A stretch of 64,000 nt of DNA from Ammonifex sp. (GTDB lineage: Bacteria; Bacillota; Desulfotomaculia; Desulfotomaculales; Ammonificaceae). The DNA lies in the NCBI GenBank assembly GCA_003604985.1, contig QZIW01000066.1, positions 6,948 to 70,947 on the forward strand, read 5' to 3'. Every line of letters begins with the position of its first letter. Position 1 is the stretch's first letter. The notes under the pieces were generated by a model. That model saw only the letters and a list, made by a program, of their open reading frames with translations. It was not told the DNA's origin and did not search any database. This document shows positions 24,537 to 33,576 of the stretch, in pieces. A program made the translations under genes and the position numbers.

Positions 24537-24823
24537 TGGTAGGCCCTCTCCAGATGCCGCGAAGCGAGAACGCAGGGCGTCATTAAAACCTCGACAACCG
24601 TATTCTCGTCGACCGTCGTAGCCGGTCCAATCTCTGACTCTTGCTCTTGCGGAAAGTGAACTATGCAAACCTTGTGCTTTCTAAAAAACGCTTTTCTCTC
24701 GCCCACATAACCAACTCTTCCGTCCGGTTCCGGCAGCCGGATGACGGTGCCGTAATGGACGTTCTTAATCGCAGCCTCAACCTTGGCCACTATTTTCCTC
24801 TCCCTCCTGTTCGTTTTGCTCAA
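24533..24823 (-). CDS. hypothetical phage protein
   Basis: 96-aa ORF. Confidence 0.45.
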   Translation of the reverse strand: MSKTNRRERKIVAKVEAAIKNVHYGTVIRLPEPDGRVGYVGERKAFFRKHKVCIVHFPQEQESEIGPATTVDENTVVEVLMTPCVLASRHLERAYQ

Positions 24824-25319
24824 CCGGGGCCGGTTGTTGGACCGGCCCCGTATCGCATACCGGGCGCATCGCTGGGATAAGGACGTCGACTAACCAGTTA
24901 CGGAAAGCCAGGACTATATGTGTCGGTTGCGGTGGCGTCACCGATAAGGACAGGCGGCCAAGGGACTCGATAAGCGCCACACCTTCGCGGCCGGCCTGGG
25001 ATAGCAGGAAAGGGTCAGGGCCTATCAGTTGCCACAGGTGGAAGCAATTGTGGTGGATGTTGACATAGTTTTCTGGCGCGGGTAATAGCATACCCACCTG
25101 GATGTCAGGCGGCATGAACGTGTAACGGGCGTCGCGGATTTCATCCCACGTCGGGTAGCGCGTACCGTGGGCAATGCTCAGGTGCCAGCGGCCTCCCTCG
25201 ATGCCCACCATCACCTTGCACTCGCCGTATTCAAAGGCGCGGGCGGTCGGGGCTGGTGAGGGAATTTCTTTTATTTTCCTCGGTTCGTGTTTCTTGTCCG
25301 GTTTTTTGGCGTGCGACAA
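24777..25319 (-). CDS. hypothetical phage protein
   Basis: 180-aa ORF. The ...GGRWHLSIAHGTRYPTWDEIRDARY... motif recurs in phage proteins of unknown function. Confidence 0.5.
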   Translation of the reverse strand: MSHAKKPDKKHEPRKIKEIPSPAPTARAFEYGECKVMVGIEGGRWHLSIAHGTRYPTWDEIRDARYTFMPPDIQVGMLLPAPENYVNIHHNCFHLWQLIGPDPFLLSQAGREGVALIESLGRLSLSVTPPQPTHIVLAFRNWLVDVLIPAMRPVCDTGPVQQPAPVEQNEQEGEENSGQG

Positions 25320-25339
25320 AATAGTTGCCTCCTTTACTG

Positions 25340-26419
25340 TTAGCGGAGTAAGGCACCGGGCAGCCAGTCCACGAACTGGTCCAGCAGCCCCTGGTCCTTG
25401 CAGACTTTCGACAGGTCTTTTATCTCCAGCGGATTGTTGATGTCCGGCGAGAAGAACACGCCGGCCAGTTCGAGCACTTTTTCCCTCGTAATACCCATCG
25501 CGTAAACGGCCTGCCAGAACTCATTCCACTTGATCTTGCCGTTCCCGCTGTTGCCGTTTTGCCGGGCTGGGCCGGCTTGAGCTTCCGGAGCAGGTTGCGG
25601 ACCGGGTTTCGGCGGCGGCTCCTTGGTCTCGGCTGGCCCGCCTTCGGACCCGTTAACTACCTCGCCGTCTATAACCTTGCCGTCCGCGAGCACGTCCGGC
25701 GGGAAAAGGTCGTCCGGGGCTTCGTTCATGTCCAGGTCGATGCCCTGGGGAAGCGCATTTTCCTGGGGTATCGACTTCAGCATTTGCTCAAGCGTTAAAT
25801 GCTGATAGTGCAAGTCCAGGACGTAGACCGTTTTCTTCTTGCCCTCCACCGTGGCCTCATGCGGCTTGACCATCAGCTTCAGCGGAATCATGGCAATACG
25901 GCCACCAGTGAGTGACATTAAGAATCTAATGGCGCTGTTGAGGTTCAGGATCGTGTTGATGCTTCTGCTGTCCAGTTGCCAGCAGCCGATACCGGGAACC
26001 TTTGGCAGCAGGAACATCAGCGTGCCCACCGCTAGGCATTGTTTATTCTGGTACCACTCGCAGGTGTCGGGATTGCAGTCGATCTCCCGCAGCTCTCCGG
26101 TCTCCCGGTCCGCCTCTACCGCCTTCACCCCGTCGCCTTTGCAGATCAGGCCCGTGCCTTTTCCATAGCGCCGGTACCACTGCGGGAAGAAAGTTTCGAT
26201 ATTGTGTACCGGAAACATGATGTCGAGCACCTTGGGCTTTTCGCCGTAGACGTCGTGGAAAGCCTTGGCCATTGACTCCGGCGTGGACTGATCGGGATTG
26301 ACGACGAAATAGTCGACAGGTTTGGGGTAAGAAGACCGCTGCCCTTCCACCTTGACGCCCAGGCGGACCTTGCCCAGCCGGGGCAGCCTGGTACGCTCGG
26401 AAAGATTCTTAATCGGCAT
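25340..26419 (-). CDS. conserved-looking phage early protein with Cys-rich core, function unknown
   Basis: 359 aa. ...LICKGDG...IDCNPDTCEWYQNKQC.... Pro/Gly-rich linker followed by a small C-terminal domain. Confidence 0.55.
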   Translation of the reverse strand: MPIKNLSERTRLPRLGKVRLGVKVEGQRSSYPKPVDYFVVNPDQSTPESMAKAFHDVYGEKPKVLDIMFPVHNIETFFPQWYRRYGKGTGLICKGDGVKAVEADRETGELREIDCNPDTCEWYQNKQCLAVGTLMFLLPKVPGIGCWQLDSRSINTILNLNSAIRFLMSLTGGRIAMIPLKLMVKPHEATVEGKKKTVYVLDLHYQHLTLEQMLKSIPQENALPQGIDLDMNEAPDDLFPPDVLADGKVIDGEVVNGSEGGPAETKEPPPKPGPQPAPEAQAGPARQNGNSGNGKIKWNEFWQAVYAMGITREKVLELAGVFFSPDINNPLEIKDLSKVCKDQGLLDQFVDWLPGALLR

Positions 26420-27011
26420 TGCAGGCCGCCCCCTTCCCGTTCTCCGGCTTTCGGGCTTCGATCACCCGGCTGGCCCACATGTCGGCCCAGTGCAGGATCA
26501 TCTGCAGCGGAGTCTCCCTGCCCTGGATAACGCGGCCGTCGGGCGTGTATAGGCCGTTGTGGTAGAGGATCGCGTAAGTCTCTTCCTCGGTCAGGTAGAT
26601 GTACTGGCTCAGGATGTGGACGCTGGCCACCTGGTGCGGGATCGGCAAGCGCTCCGGGTTGCAGCAGTAAGGCTTGCTGTCGCTGACCTTGCCGCTTTTT
26701 ACCCGGTTCTGGATGTAGTGCGGTTTGGAGTAGTACATCGACTTACCCAGGTCGTGGAACAGGCCGCAGATGATCAGGGAATCGTCGGGGATGTCGTCTT
26801 TGTCCAGCCCAAAGGCGTTGCGCAGCCGGAACATCAGGCCGGTGACGTTCAGCGAGTGCCGGAGGTTGCCGGCCTCGCAGGCGCCGTGGTACTGGGTGCT
26901 GGACGGCGCGGTGAAATAGTCGCCTACGGCCAGGTAAAATACAAGGTGCTCTATGCCTTCGCGTTGGACACGGCGTAAATATTCAAATAACTCGTCTTTC
27001 AAGTCTTTCAA
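26409..27011 (-). CDS. HD-domain phosphohydrolase
   Basis: 200 aa. ...LIICGLFHDLGKS... HD motif. Confidence 0.75.
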   Translation of the reverse strand: MKDLKDELFEYLRRVQREGIEHLVFYLAVGDYFTAPSSTQYHGACEAGNLRHSLNVTGLMFRLRNAFGLDKDDIPDDSLIICGLFHDLGKSMYYSKPHYIQNRVKSGKVSDSKPYCCNPERLPIPHQVASVHILSQYIYLTEEETYAILYHNGLYTPDGRVIQGRETPLQMILHWADMWASRVIEARKPENGKGAACNAD

Positions 27012-27274
27012 GCCGATTCTCCTCCTTTTTGTCCAGGCTTGACCTGCGCGTAGACGAAGGCGATCTGTCCCGGCTCGTACAGGTGGCCCGGCGTGACTCC
27101 AAGGTACTGCGCCAGTTTTTCCACCTCGTCGGGCGTCGGAACGATATGCCCGTTCTCCAGCATCGACAGCCTGGACCGTTTAATGCCGATGTGTTCGGCG
27201 ACCGCCTGCTGGGACGCAGGCTTAGCGCCTTCGGCAAGCAACTTTTCGCGGTAAAAGCGGATACCGTTCTGCAT
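27008..27274 (-). CDS. XRE-family HTH protein
   Basis: 88 aa. ...SQQAVAEHIGIKRSRLSMLENG.... Confidence 0.75.
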   Translation of the reverse strand: MQNGIRFYREKLLAEGAKPASQQAVAEHIGIKRSRLSMLENGHIVPTPDEVEKLAQYLGVTPGHLYEPGQIAFVYAQVKPGQKGGESA

Positions 27275-27283
27275 GTCTCCTCC

Positions 27284-27418
27284 TTACCCGGCAAGCCCGA
27301 AATACAGGTTGCCGATAGCGACAAAAGTGGTAAGCAAGGCCAGCCGGGCGCCGCAGCGGCGGTTAATCCAGAAGCTGGCCGGAATAAGCAGAGGGCCGAT
27401 AATAAGGCTCTGGTTCAC
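27284..27418 (-). CDS. tiny hydrophobic (two-helix) protein
   Basis: GTG 27418, 8 nt after AAAGGAGGTG, with a GTGA overlap with the upstream stop. 44 aa: VNQSLIIGPLLIPASFWINRRCGARLALLTTFVAIGNLYFGLAG. Confidence 0.45.
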   Translation of the reverse strand: MNQSLIIGPLLIPASFWINRRCGARLALLTTFVAIGNLYFGLAG

Positions 27419-27819
27419 CTGGAACGCACCTCCTTTGGGATGGAAAAAACGCAACTGCAATTCATACACCACGCCGATATAGATGCGCCGCCGCCGGCCA
27501 AGTACCGGGCGTCAAGTGCGTTACAGGCAGGGCAGCGGCCGTCTATACTGGCGGCCTTGCCCCTGAAGACGATCGCCGGCATGGACTCGTCGCCTAAAAC
27601 AAAGTTCAACTGGACTTCGTAAGGCCCGCAGTCAACATTCAGGCCAGGCGGGAGAATGTCGGTCAGGTAAGCGTTCATGGCAGCGCGGCTTATCTGTCCG
27701 CGGGCGAAGCTGTTGATCAGGCCGGCAACGCAGCGGCGGATTTTGGGCGGGGTGTGGGAGAAATAAACGATTTTCGACTTGCCCCGGATCGTTTCGGGTG
27801 TTACACTCATTACAGACAC
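27415..27819 (-). CDS. hypothetical Cys-containing protein
   Basis: 134-aa ORF. ...CPACNALD...CMNCSC.... Confidence 0.5.
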   Translation of the reverse strand: MSVMSVTPETIRGKSKIVYFSHTPPKIRRCVAGLINSFARGQISRAAMNAYLTDILPPGLNVDCGPYEVQLNFVLGDESMPAIVFRGKAASIDGRCPACNALDARYLAGGGASISAWCMNCSCVFSIPKEVRSR

Positions 27820-28368
27820 CTACTTTTTCTGAGCGCCGTTCGGGCGCTTTCTCTTTTCTGGGTACTCCTTGTCGATGTTCTCCTGCTCGACCTCGTCGTA
27901 CAGATCCGCCAGGCTGATGTCCCAGCCGTCAGAGACCACACAGAGGAACGTTTCAGCAGCGCGTATGGCCTGAATCACCTCCCGGAACATCCCTCTGGCC
28001 TGCGTTTTCTCAGGTTCGGTCAAAAGAGGGTTCAGCCACAGCCGGGGGGTTCCGCGAACCGCCTCCCCGGCTTCTTCCAATTCCAGCAGGAAATAATCCC
28101 TGGCCACAAGGCGGTGGTTTTCGATATTTGCCAGGGAAAGGGCCATCACCCCGCCGGTGGCCTCCCGCTGTAGGGCCTTGTAGAACCGTGCCTGATCGAG
28201 CGCCCGGGCGAGGTGCCGCCGCATTTCCTTCGTTATGCCCCGCTGGCCCTGTTCGATCTTGCGGACCAGGCTGCCGCTGCAGTGGGCCTTCTCTGCGAGC
28301 GCGTCGGCGCTCCGTCCCGTTTTCTTCCTTTCCTCCCTGAGAATTGTCCCAAGTTCCAGTTTGATCAC
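27820..28368 (-). CDS. HTH (XRE-like) regulator with extra C-terminal domain
   Basis: 182 aa. N-terminal ...GRSADALAEKAHCSGSLVRKIEQGQRG.... Confidence 0.65.
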   Translation of the reverse strand: MIKLELGTILREERKKTGRSADALAEKAHCSGSLVRKIEQGQRGITKEMRRHLARALDQARFYKALQREATGGVMALSLANIENHRLVARDYFLLELEEAGEAVRGTPRLWLNPLLTEPEKTQARGMFREVIQAIRAAETFLCVVSDGWDISLADLYDEVEQENIDKEYPEKRKRPNGAQKK

Positions 28369-28492
28369 ACCCCCTTTGTCCCAGCACAGGCGGGCCGGGC
28401 ATGTTACGCTTTACTTGATCACCCCGCCGGACTGAAAGTATTCAGCCCAGCGCCGTTGCCGGCGGCGTTCCCGTAGCCATTCGTGATATGAC

Positions 28493-28669
28493 TTAGCCAG
28501 CTTTTTGAGCCGTTTCCGGATCAGCCTTAGCAACCTTGCTCACCTCCTTTGCGCCGGGGTCCGGGCGGCGGCAAGCCTTGAGAGCCACGCTTGCCAGTGT
28601 GGCGGCCACGGTTACCAGGCTGGACTTTTGAGAGTTATACCGACGTTCGACCGTCAGTTGGTTACCCAT
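28493..28669 (-). CDS. small hypothetical protein
   Basis: ATG 28669 behind GGAGGAATTACG. 58 aa. Confidence 0.4.
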   Translation of the reverse strand: MGNQLTVERRYNSQKSSLVTVAATLASVALKACRRPDPGAKEVSKVAKADPETAQKAG

Positions 28670-28846
28670 CGTAATTCCTCCGGTGAGGTGTAACATGAAA
28701 TACCTTGTTGAGCTGATCGGCGACTGTGACCACAAAGAGCTGCAGCGTAAAATCAACTACTGGTTACGGGCGGAAAGGCCCCGCCGGGTCTACAGTGTCC
28801 AGTTTGTCGCCGACGGAACCGAGCTTACTTACTGCTGCCTGTTCCT

Positions 28847-29251
28847 TTACGCGCCGGGCAGATCGGCGGGCCGGTCGTCATCGGCCACAAACAAAACGCC
28901 TGGGGGGACGCCGAAGGGTTCAGCGATCCGCCGGGCGTTTCGTAGTTTGGTTTTCTTGCCCTTCTCGATCCGGCACAACCAGGCGGGTGACATACCAATT
29001 AGGCAGGCCAGGTGCGCGAGCGACCAGCCGCGGCCTACCCGCATCATCTGGAGCATCGTCACACCATACTCGTTACGCCGGGGCTCAACGAGCAGGATGT
29101 CTGTAGCCCGCCGGTGCTCCTGGTGAATGATCTGGTGTATCCGCTGGCGGCTGATCCGCAGTTCCCTGGCCACGGCAGCCTGTGTATCTCCGTTAGCCAG
29201 TTGGCTGATGATTTGCTTGGTCCGCTCGGCCATGTGCGCCAAAATAACCAC
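28847..29251 (-). CDS. early regulator with two HTH motifs (Cro/antirepressor-side gene)
   Basis: 134-aa track ORF. Start could be 29251, 29242 or 29233. ...GDTQAAVARELRISRQRIHQI... plus ...GWSLAHLACLIGMSPAWLCRIEKG.... Divergent from the repressor gene. Confidence 0.7.
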   Translation of the reverse strand: MVILAHMAERTKQIISQLANGDTQAAVARELRISRQRIHQIIHQEHRRATDILLVEPRRNEYGVTMLQMMRVGRGWSLAHLACLIGMSPAWLCRIEKGKKTKLRNARRIAEPFGVPPGVLFVADDDRPADLPGA

Positions 29252-29254
29252 CTC

Positions 29255-29276
29255 GGTGATTTAATTATAAATCACC
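29255..29276. promoter_or_regulatory. operator-like inverted repeat GGTGATTTA-N4-TAAATCACC in the divergent immunity promoter region
   Basis: Read directly. An extra GGTGAT half-site lies at 29296-29301. An extended -10, TGGTAGAAT (29342-29350), faces the repressor gene. Confidence 0.55.
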
Positions 29277-29372
29277 TAACCGGGGATGTCAATAAGGTGA
29301 TAACCATGTCGGCAATATTTTAAATTTTGGGCTTCCCAAGTTGGTAGAATAAACTTGCGGGGTGAGGAGATT

Positions 29373-29849
29373 ATGAGCATCCTTGGGGATAGACTTAGAC
29401 GTATCCGGGAAATGCAAGACCCGCCGTTGCTGCAGAAGACGGCCGCGCGGGAAATGGGCATGGAGCCGAACACCCTCAGCCGTTATGAGTTGGGGGAACG
29501 TGAGCCGGACGCCGAAACCCTGGTCAAGCTCGCCGAATACTACGGTACCACGACGGATTATTTATTGGGCAGGGCCAACAACCCGAACCTGCCGGAAGAA
29601 AGGGAAAACGGCGTGATGCAACTCGTGCCCCACCACGCCAGAGACCGGGTAGAAGCATTCTCGGAGCTTGGGGAGATAGCGGATCGGGCCGGTCTTTCGT
29701 CCGAGCAGATTACGAAGTTAATTAAGGTGATCGCCGAAGTGATTGCGCCGCCCAAGGGCAGCAGGAAAAGCAGTTTGGCGGCGCACATGGAGAGCCCTCA
29801 ACCGGGGCAGGTCGCTGGCGGGTGTGTTGATGGGGACGATAACCATTGA
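29373..29849 (+). CDS. CI-like XRE-family repressor
   Basis: ATG 29373 behind GGTGAGGAG. MSILGDRLRRIREMQDPPLLQKTAAREMGMEPNTLSRYELGEREP.... Confidence 0.8.
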   Translation: MSILGDRLRRIREMQDPPLLQKTAAREMGMEPNTLSRYELGEREPDAETLVKLAEYYGTTTDYLLGRANNPNLPEERENGVMQLVPHHARDRVEAFSELGEIADRAGLSSEQITKLIKVIAEVIAPPKGSRKSSLAAHMESPQPGQVAGGCVDGDDNH

Positions 29850-30342
29850 CCACTTGTTGCTAATTGCCTCGTTTTTGGGCGCCAGGGTGACGTATTCCGA
29901 CCTTCACGCCATACATCCAAAACTCGAGGCCTATACGAGATTCCCGGCGATCCATCTTGATAAATCCCTGGAGTGCCGTCCGCGCCAGCACAGGTGCGTT
30001 CTTGCCGAAGAGATCGGGCATGTCTGCTACCCGCCCAGACCGGGCCATGTGGCCTACCACGTCGCCGGCTCGTGGAACTCCCTGGATTATGAGGCCCGCG
30101 ACGGCTTGGCGGTAATTGTAGCCCAGGACGAACGCAAAGCCCTAAAGTGGGCAACCGGGCTGTTGATACCCAATAGCGCTTTCTGGCGCTTTGCTGGGAA
30201 AGGGCCACAAAGTATGGAAGACTGGCTGGAGGAGTTCGACGTGGAAAGGTGGTTCTTGGAAGCCAAAATCGGCCTGATCCGCGTAAGTCAGCCACCGAGG
30301 CAGCGGCTGCAGTGGAGGAATCTGATCAAACGCTCAATGTAA
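29830..30342 (+). CDS. ImmA/IrrE-like metalloprotease homolog with variant EEIGH motif
   Basis: ATG 29830 overlaps the repressor 3' end. ...CVLAEEIGHVCYPP... and ...ERKALKWATGLLIP align with HExxH ... E..An.FA..LL.P of the family. Confidence 0.65.
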   Translation: MGTITIDHLLLIASFLGARVTYSDLHAIHPKLEAYTRFPAIHLDKSLECRPRQHRCVLAEEIGHVCYPPRPGHVAYHVAGSWNSLDYEARDGLAVIVAQDERKALKWATGLLIPNSAFWRFAGKGPQSMEDWLEEFDVERWFLEAKIGLIRVSQPPRQRLQWRNLIKRSM

Positions 30343-31189
30343 AGGCGTTTCTCTGTACCTGCCTATGCTTCGCTGAAACTGCCAAACGACTTCTACAGCA
30401 GGAATGTTGTATGGTTCTAAGCATCTGCTGGAACTCCATCATCCCCCTGTTGGCGATGTTCAATTCGCCGTCAAAGCGGTAAGCGCGCGGGTCTGACTCC
30501 GACCCGTACTCAGTTATTGCGGAAAAATCTATACTGCCGGTTAGTTCTGCAATGTCCTGCGACTTCGGGTCGGACGGTGTGAACGTGCCGATACCCACTC
30601 TTTTCTCCTCCGAAAAAAGGACCCGTTCCACCGGCACTTCTTCTATTCCGCCGCTGAATTCGGTCTCCAACCGCAGTCGACATGCAGGACAGAGTTCACC
30701 CTCAATGTGGATCCCGTACTCTTCCTGAAACTCGCCCCGCAACTCGCGCGGGATAAGGTGGAGCGGTTCTTCGTGCATTGGACACCCTTTGATGCCGTAC
30801 AGTGCCCCCTCGTCCGTCCGGCTGTACTCTTCAAGCCCCCGTTTCAGCATGTTCACCAGTGTGGATTTGCCGCCGCTCACCGGGCCCATTAACAGCAGGA
30901 TCCGCTTACGGACGTCCAACCGGCGCGCTGCAGGGTGAAAGTATTCTTCAACAAGCTTTTCAAGCGTTCGGTCCAGCCCAAAAAGCTCCCGGTTAAAAAA
31001 GCAATAACGTTTTTGGCCATTAACCTCCTCAACGCCGGCTGCAGTAATCAAATCGTATAACCGGCTGTGCGCTAACCGGCACACGTGCGGGTTCTTCCGG
31101 ACTATTTCGAGATACTCCCGGAAGCTTCCCTCCCAGGCCAAACGTTGCTTGGCCGTGCGGTATTCTTCCAAGCGCCTCAAAAAGTACAA
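30326..31189 (-). pseudogene. prkA: prkA (PrkA serine protein kinase / AAA ATPase) truncated after about 258 codons by the prophage junction
   Basis: TTG 31189 behind AGGAGGGG. MYFLRRLEEYRTAKQRLAWEGSFREYLEIV..., Walker A LLLMGPVSGGKST, ...GSESDPRAYRFDGELNIANRGMMEFQQML. Resemblance to PrkA stops near 30416, then 29 unrelated codons run into phage DNA. Confidence 0.8.
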
Positions 31190-31498
31190 ACCTACCCCTC
31201 CTGGAACAGTCGTCGGCCCTTGGACGTCAGTCGCCCATGTTAAAAAATCTTCATGGCTTAGCCGGTAGTCGGTGGCCGGTGGGTCAGTGGTAGCGCCAAA
31301 TAACCTCGCTTCAATGAAATATATGCTTTCCGGAAGGTAAAAAGGACGGCATATCCGGCCGATAGCCCGAAAGCGCATTTGTCAAACAGTGGAATGACAA
31401 TCTGAATATATTATTACGGAAGGTAGAATCTCCAAGGAGGTTGCGTTTTACGGTCGCCGGCTTGCCTGAAACCGTTTTCAGGCAGGCTCCCAAAAACC

Positions 31499-33208
31499 AT
31501 GGAAAAGTTAAAGATGCTGCTTGTAAAGCTCCTTATGCTACCGTTGTTACCACTATTCGGCTGGGGACCGGTTACCCATCCTTACATTAACTTTATGGCG
31601 CTCAAGCGGGCCGAGCAGGAAGCTGCCCTTGGTAATTCGAAAATCAACCGGGGTCTTCTTGCCCGCATCAAGCGCCAACGCCCCCGTTTTATTTTCGGCG
31701 CCAACAGCGCGGATACCATTGCAACCCTGCACGTTTTCACCGGTACTCCAGTCTACGATCATACGCATAATTACGTCCCGGATTGCGCCACAGGCCGCCC
31801 GGTCTTTGGCTACGCCTTGATCCGGGAATGGTTTGAAGCCCGCGATCGCGAGGCCAGGTGTTACCCGGAAGAGGACCTGGTGGTGGCCTGCGGCTGGCTG
31901 GCCCACCAACTGGCTGACTGGTACAGCCACTACGCCGCTGTAAACAGTGAGGGCCATTTAGGCCCTGACCCTTCCGCCTCGCCGGACGGGCAGACCTTAT
32001 TCTCCGGATATGCTAATTCACACCGCGTCCTGGGAGCAGATTTTTATCCGGAAATTTTGCGCGAGTACCGGCAGATAGACCATGCCTTGATTGAGTTTTT
32101 TCACGATCTTCTTATAACCTACTACGACCGGGAGGGCATCTTTAATACGAGCAGGGTAGATTTTTTTAAGGCCTATGGCTCGGGGGCGGATGCATACAAC
32201 CTGCTCACCGCCACCTCGGAGCGTTTCCGCGGTGTTGCCGCGCGTATTTCACCCGACCAACTTTCGCTGCTCAAAGACAACCTCCGCACTACTGTCAAGG
32301 GGATCCGGCTGCTTATCCATCTGTTGTTTTTCCTCCGCCCCGGACTGCCCGACGCGGTATATCGTGACGTCAGTCCAAACGCTACCGGCGGGCCGGATTA
32401 TATCGGGCTGTCCGTAGAAGAGGTCCTGAACGGGCTTTTTTGTAAGACCGACGCGGAGATCGCCCAGGAGGCCCGTCTCCCATACAACACGCCCCGGAAT
32501 ATTTGCCCTGAGTCTTGTCTGGTGCGCGAGGTAACTACACCCGGCACTCTTCTCTTCCGAGTGGCACACCGGCTTGGTTCATTTTTACCGGAAGCGTTTA
32601 GCCAACCTTACAGTCAATCCGAAAACTTAAGTTTGCGCTTTTTGAAATTTTTTGAGTTGCGCGGCAAGTTGTTGGACCGGGTGCTGGCCGAGCTAACCCT
32701 TAAAAAGCTGCAGGCTTTCACCGAAAACACCGAGGAGAACGCGGTGCTTTCTTTCATCAGTATGCTTTTGACGGATGTCCATCCGGATTTTGAAACCGCA
32801 CGCGCACGTTTCCGCACACTCCTGCCGCCGCTCGTACAACTTGGAGGCCCAACCGAACTTTCCGAAGCAGAACGACTTACGGTGATGCTAAATGCCAGTG
32901 AAATCTGCGTCCGCGCCATTCCGGCGGCCCCATTCAATGATCCCAACCGCCGGGTTAAAACCCTTGACGTAAGTACCCTGCGCTTTTTGTTGGACGGGTA
33001 CAACGTCCTGGCAGGCACCGACTACTGTGACTTTACCGTCAATGAGAATGATTCCCGCCGGGACATCCGCGTCAGGCTGAAAGAACCAGTGTCGGAAGGG
33101 TATCACCGGCTCTCGGTAACGATAAATGATTTTTACGGCGTGTCAGCCAAACCTCTGGAGCGAGACTTCTGGATCGACGTTGGAACTACGGTTCGAATAA
33201 TTCGGTAA
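31499..33208 (+). CDS. secreted zinc-dependent phospholipase C / P1-nuclease-fold protein with long C-terminal extension
   Basis: 569 aa. Signal-like N-terminus, GWGPVTHPY at the mature start, HQLADWYSH and HALIEFFHD His/Asp clusters. Confidence 0.6.
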   Translation: MEKLKMLLVKLLMLPLLPLFGWGPVTHPYINFMALKRAEQEAALGNSKINRGLLARIKRQRPRFIFGANSADTIATLHVFTGTPVYDHTHNYVPDCATGRPVFGYALIREWFEARDREARCYPEEDLVVACGWLAHQLADWYSHYAAVNSEGHLGPDPSASPDGQTLFSGYANSHRVLGADFYPEILREYRQIDHALIEFFHDLLITYYDREGIFNTSRVDFFKAYGSGADAYNLLTATSERFRGVAARISPDQLSLLKDNLRTTVKGIRLLIHLLFFLRPGLPDAVYRDVSPNATGGPDYIGLSVEEVLNGLFCKTDAEIAQEARLPYNTPRNICPESCLVREVTTPGTLLFRVAHRLGSFLPEAFSQPYSQSENLSLRFLKFFELRGKLLDRVLAELTLKKLQAFTENTEENAVLSFISMLLTDVHPDFETARARFRTLLPPLVQLGGPTELSEAERLTVMLNASEICVRAIPAAPFNDPNRRVKTLDVSTLRFLLDGYNVLAGTDYCDFTVNENDSRRDIRVRLKEPVSEGYHRLSVTINDFYGVSAKPLERDFWIDVGTTVRIIR

Positions 33209-33211
33209 CCG

Positions 33212-33576
33212 TTACACCTTCCCCCCGGCATGGCGCACCACGTTCAGTGCCCGTTCGTACAACGCCTCATCCAGGGTGGCAGCGAGAATTACATTTCGCC
33301 CCGATGCCACCACCGGTATACCGTTCTCCATTTCCAGCGCCGCAACATCCACAGCCGTCACCCCCGCGTCCCGGTCGGCCACAAAGTCCGCGCCAAACGT
33401 CAAGCCGGTCGGACCTGAGGTGTTCCGATTGTGGGGCTTAGTTGATCAACACCATCCCGTGTGAACTGATCCAAACGGTCGAACTTCAGGTCGCTAACGC
33501 CGATGGATTTGAGCTGGTCTGCCGCAAATTCTGCTTCTTCGGAATCCCTGAAGTAAGCAAAAATGGTCTTTCCCAC
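33212..33576 (-). pseudogene. frame-split paralog of the 35578..35958 gene
   Basis: Two abutting ORFs (33400..33576 and 33212..33403) in different frames overlap at GCTTGACG. Part 1 (GKTIFAYFRDSEEAEFAADQLKSIGVSDLKFDR) and part 2 (...VILAATLDEALYERALNVVRHAGGKV) match the N- and C-termini of the intact paralog. Confidence 0.5.

Noticed and set aside
29252-30430. Searched the immunity end of the prophage for an integrase/excisionase and for a tRNA-type att site
   Set aside because: No recombinase-like ORF fits between the ImmA-like gene and the junction. The junction lies in a protein-coding gene (prkA), not in a tRNA.
31452-31478. Hairpin TGCCTGAAA-CCGT-TTTCAGGCA between the divergent prkA and phospholipase-C-like genes, considered as a terminator
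   Set aside because: No U-tract follows it on either strand and it lies between divergent starts. It could be an operator, but I have no supporting evidence.
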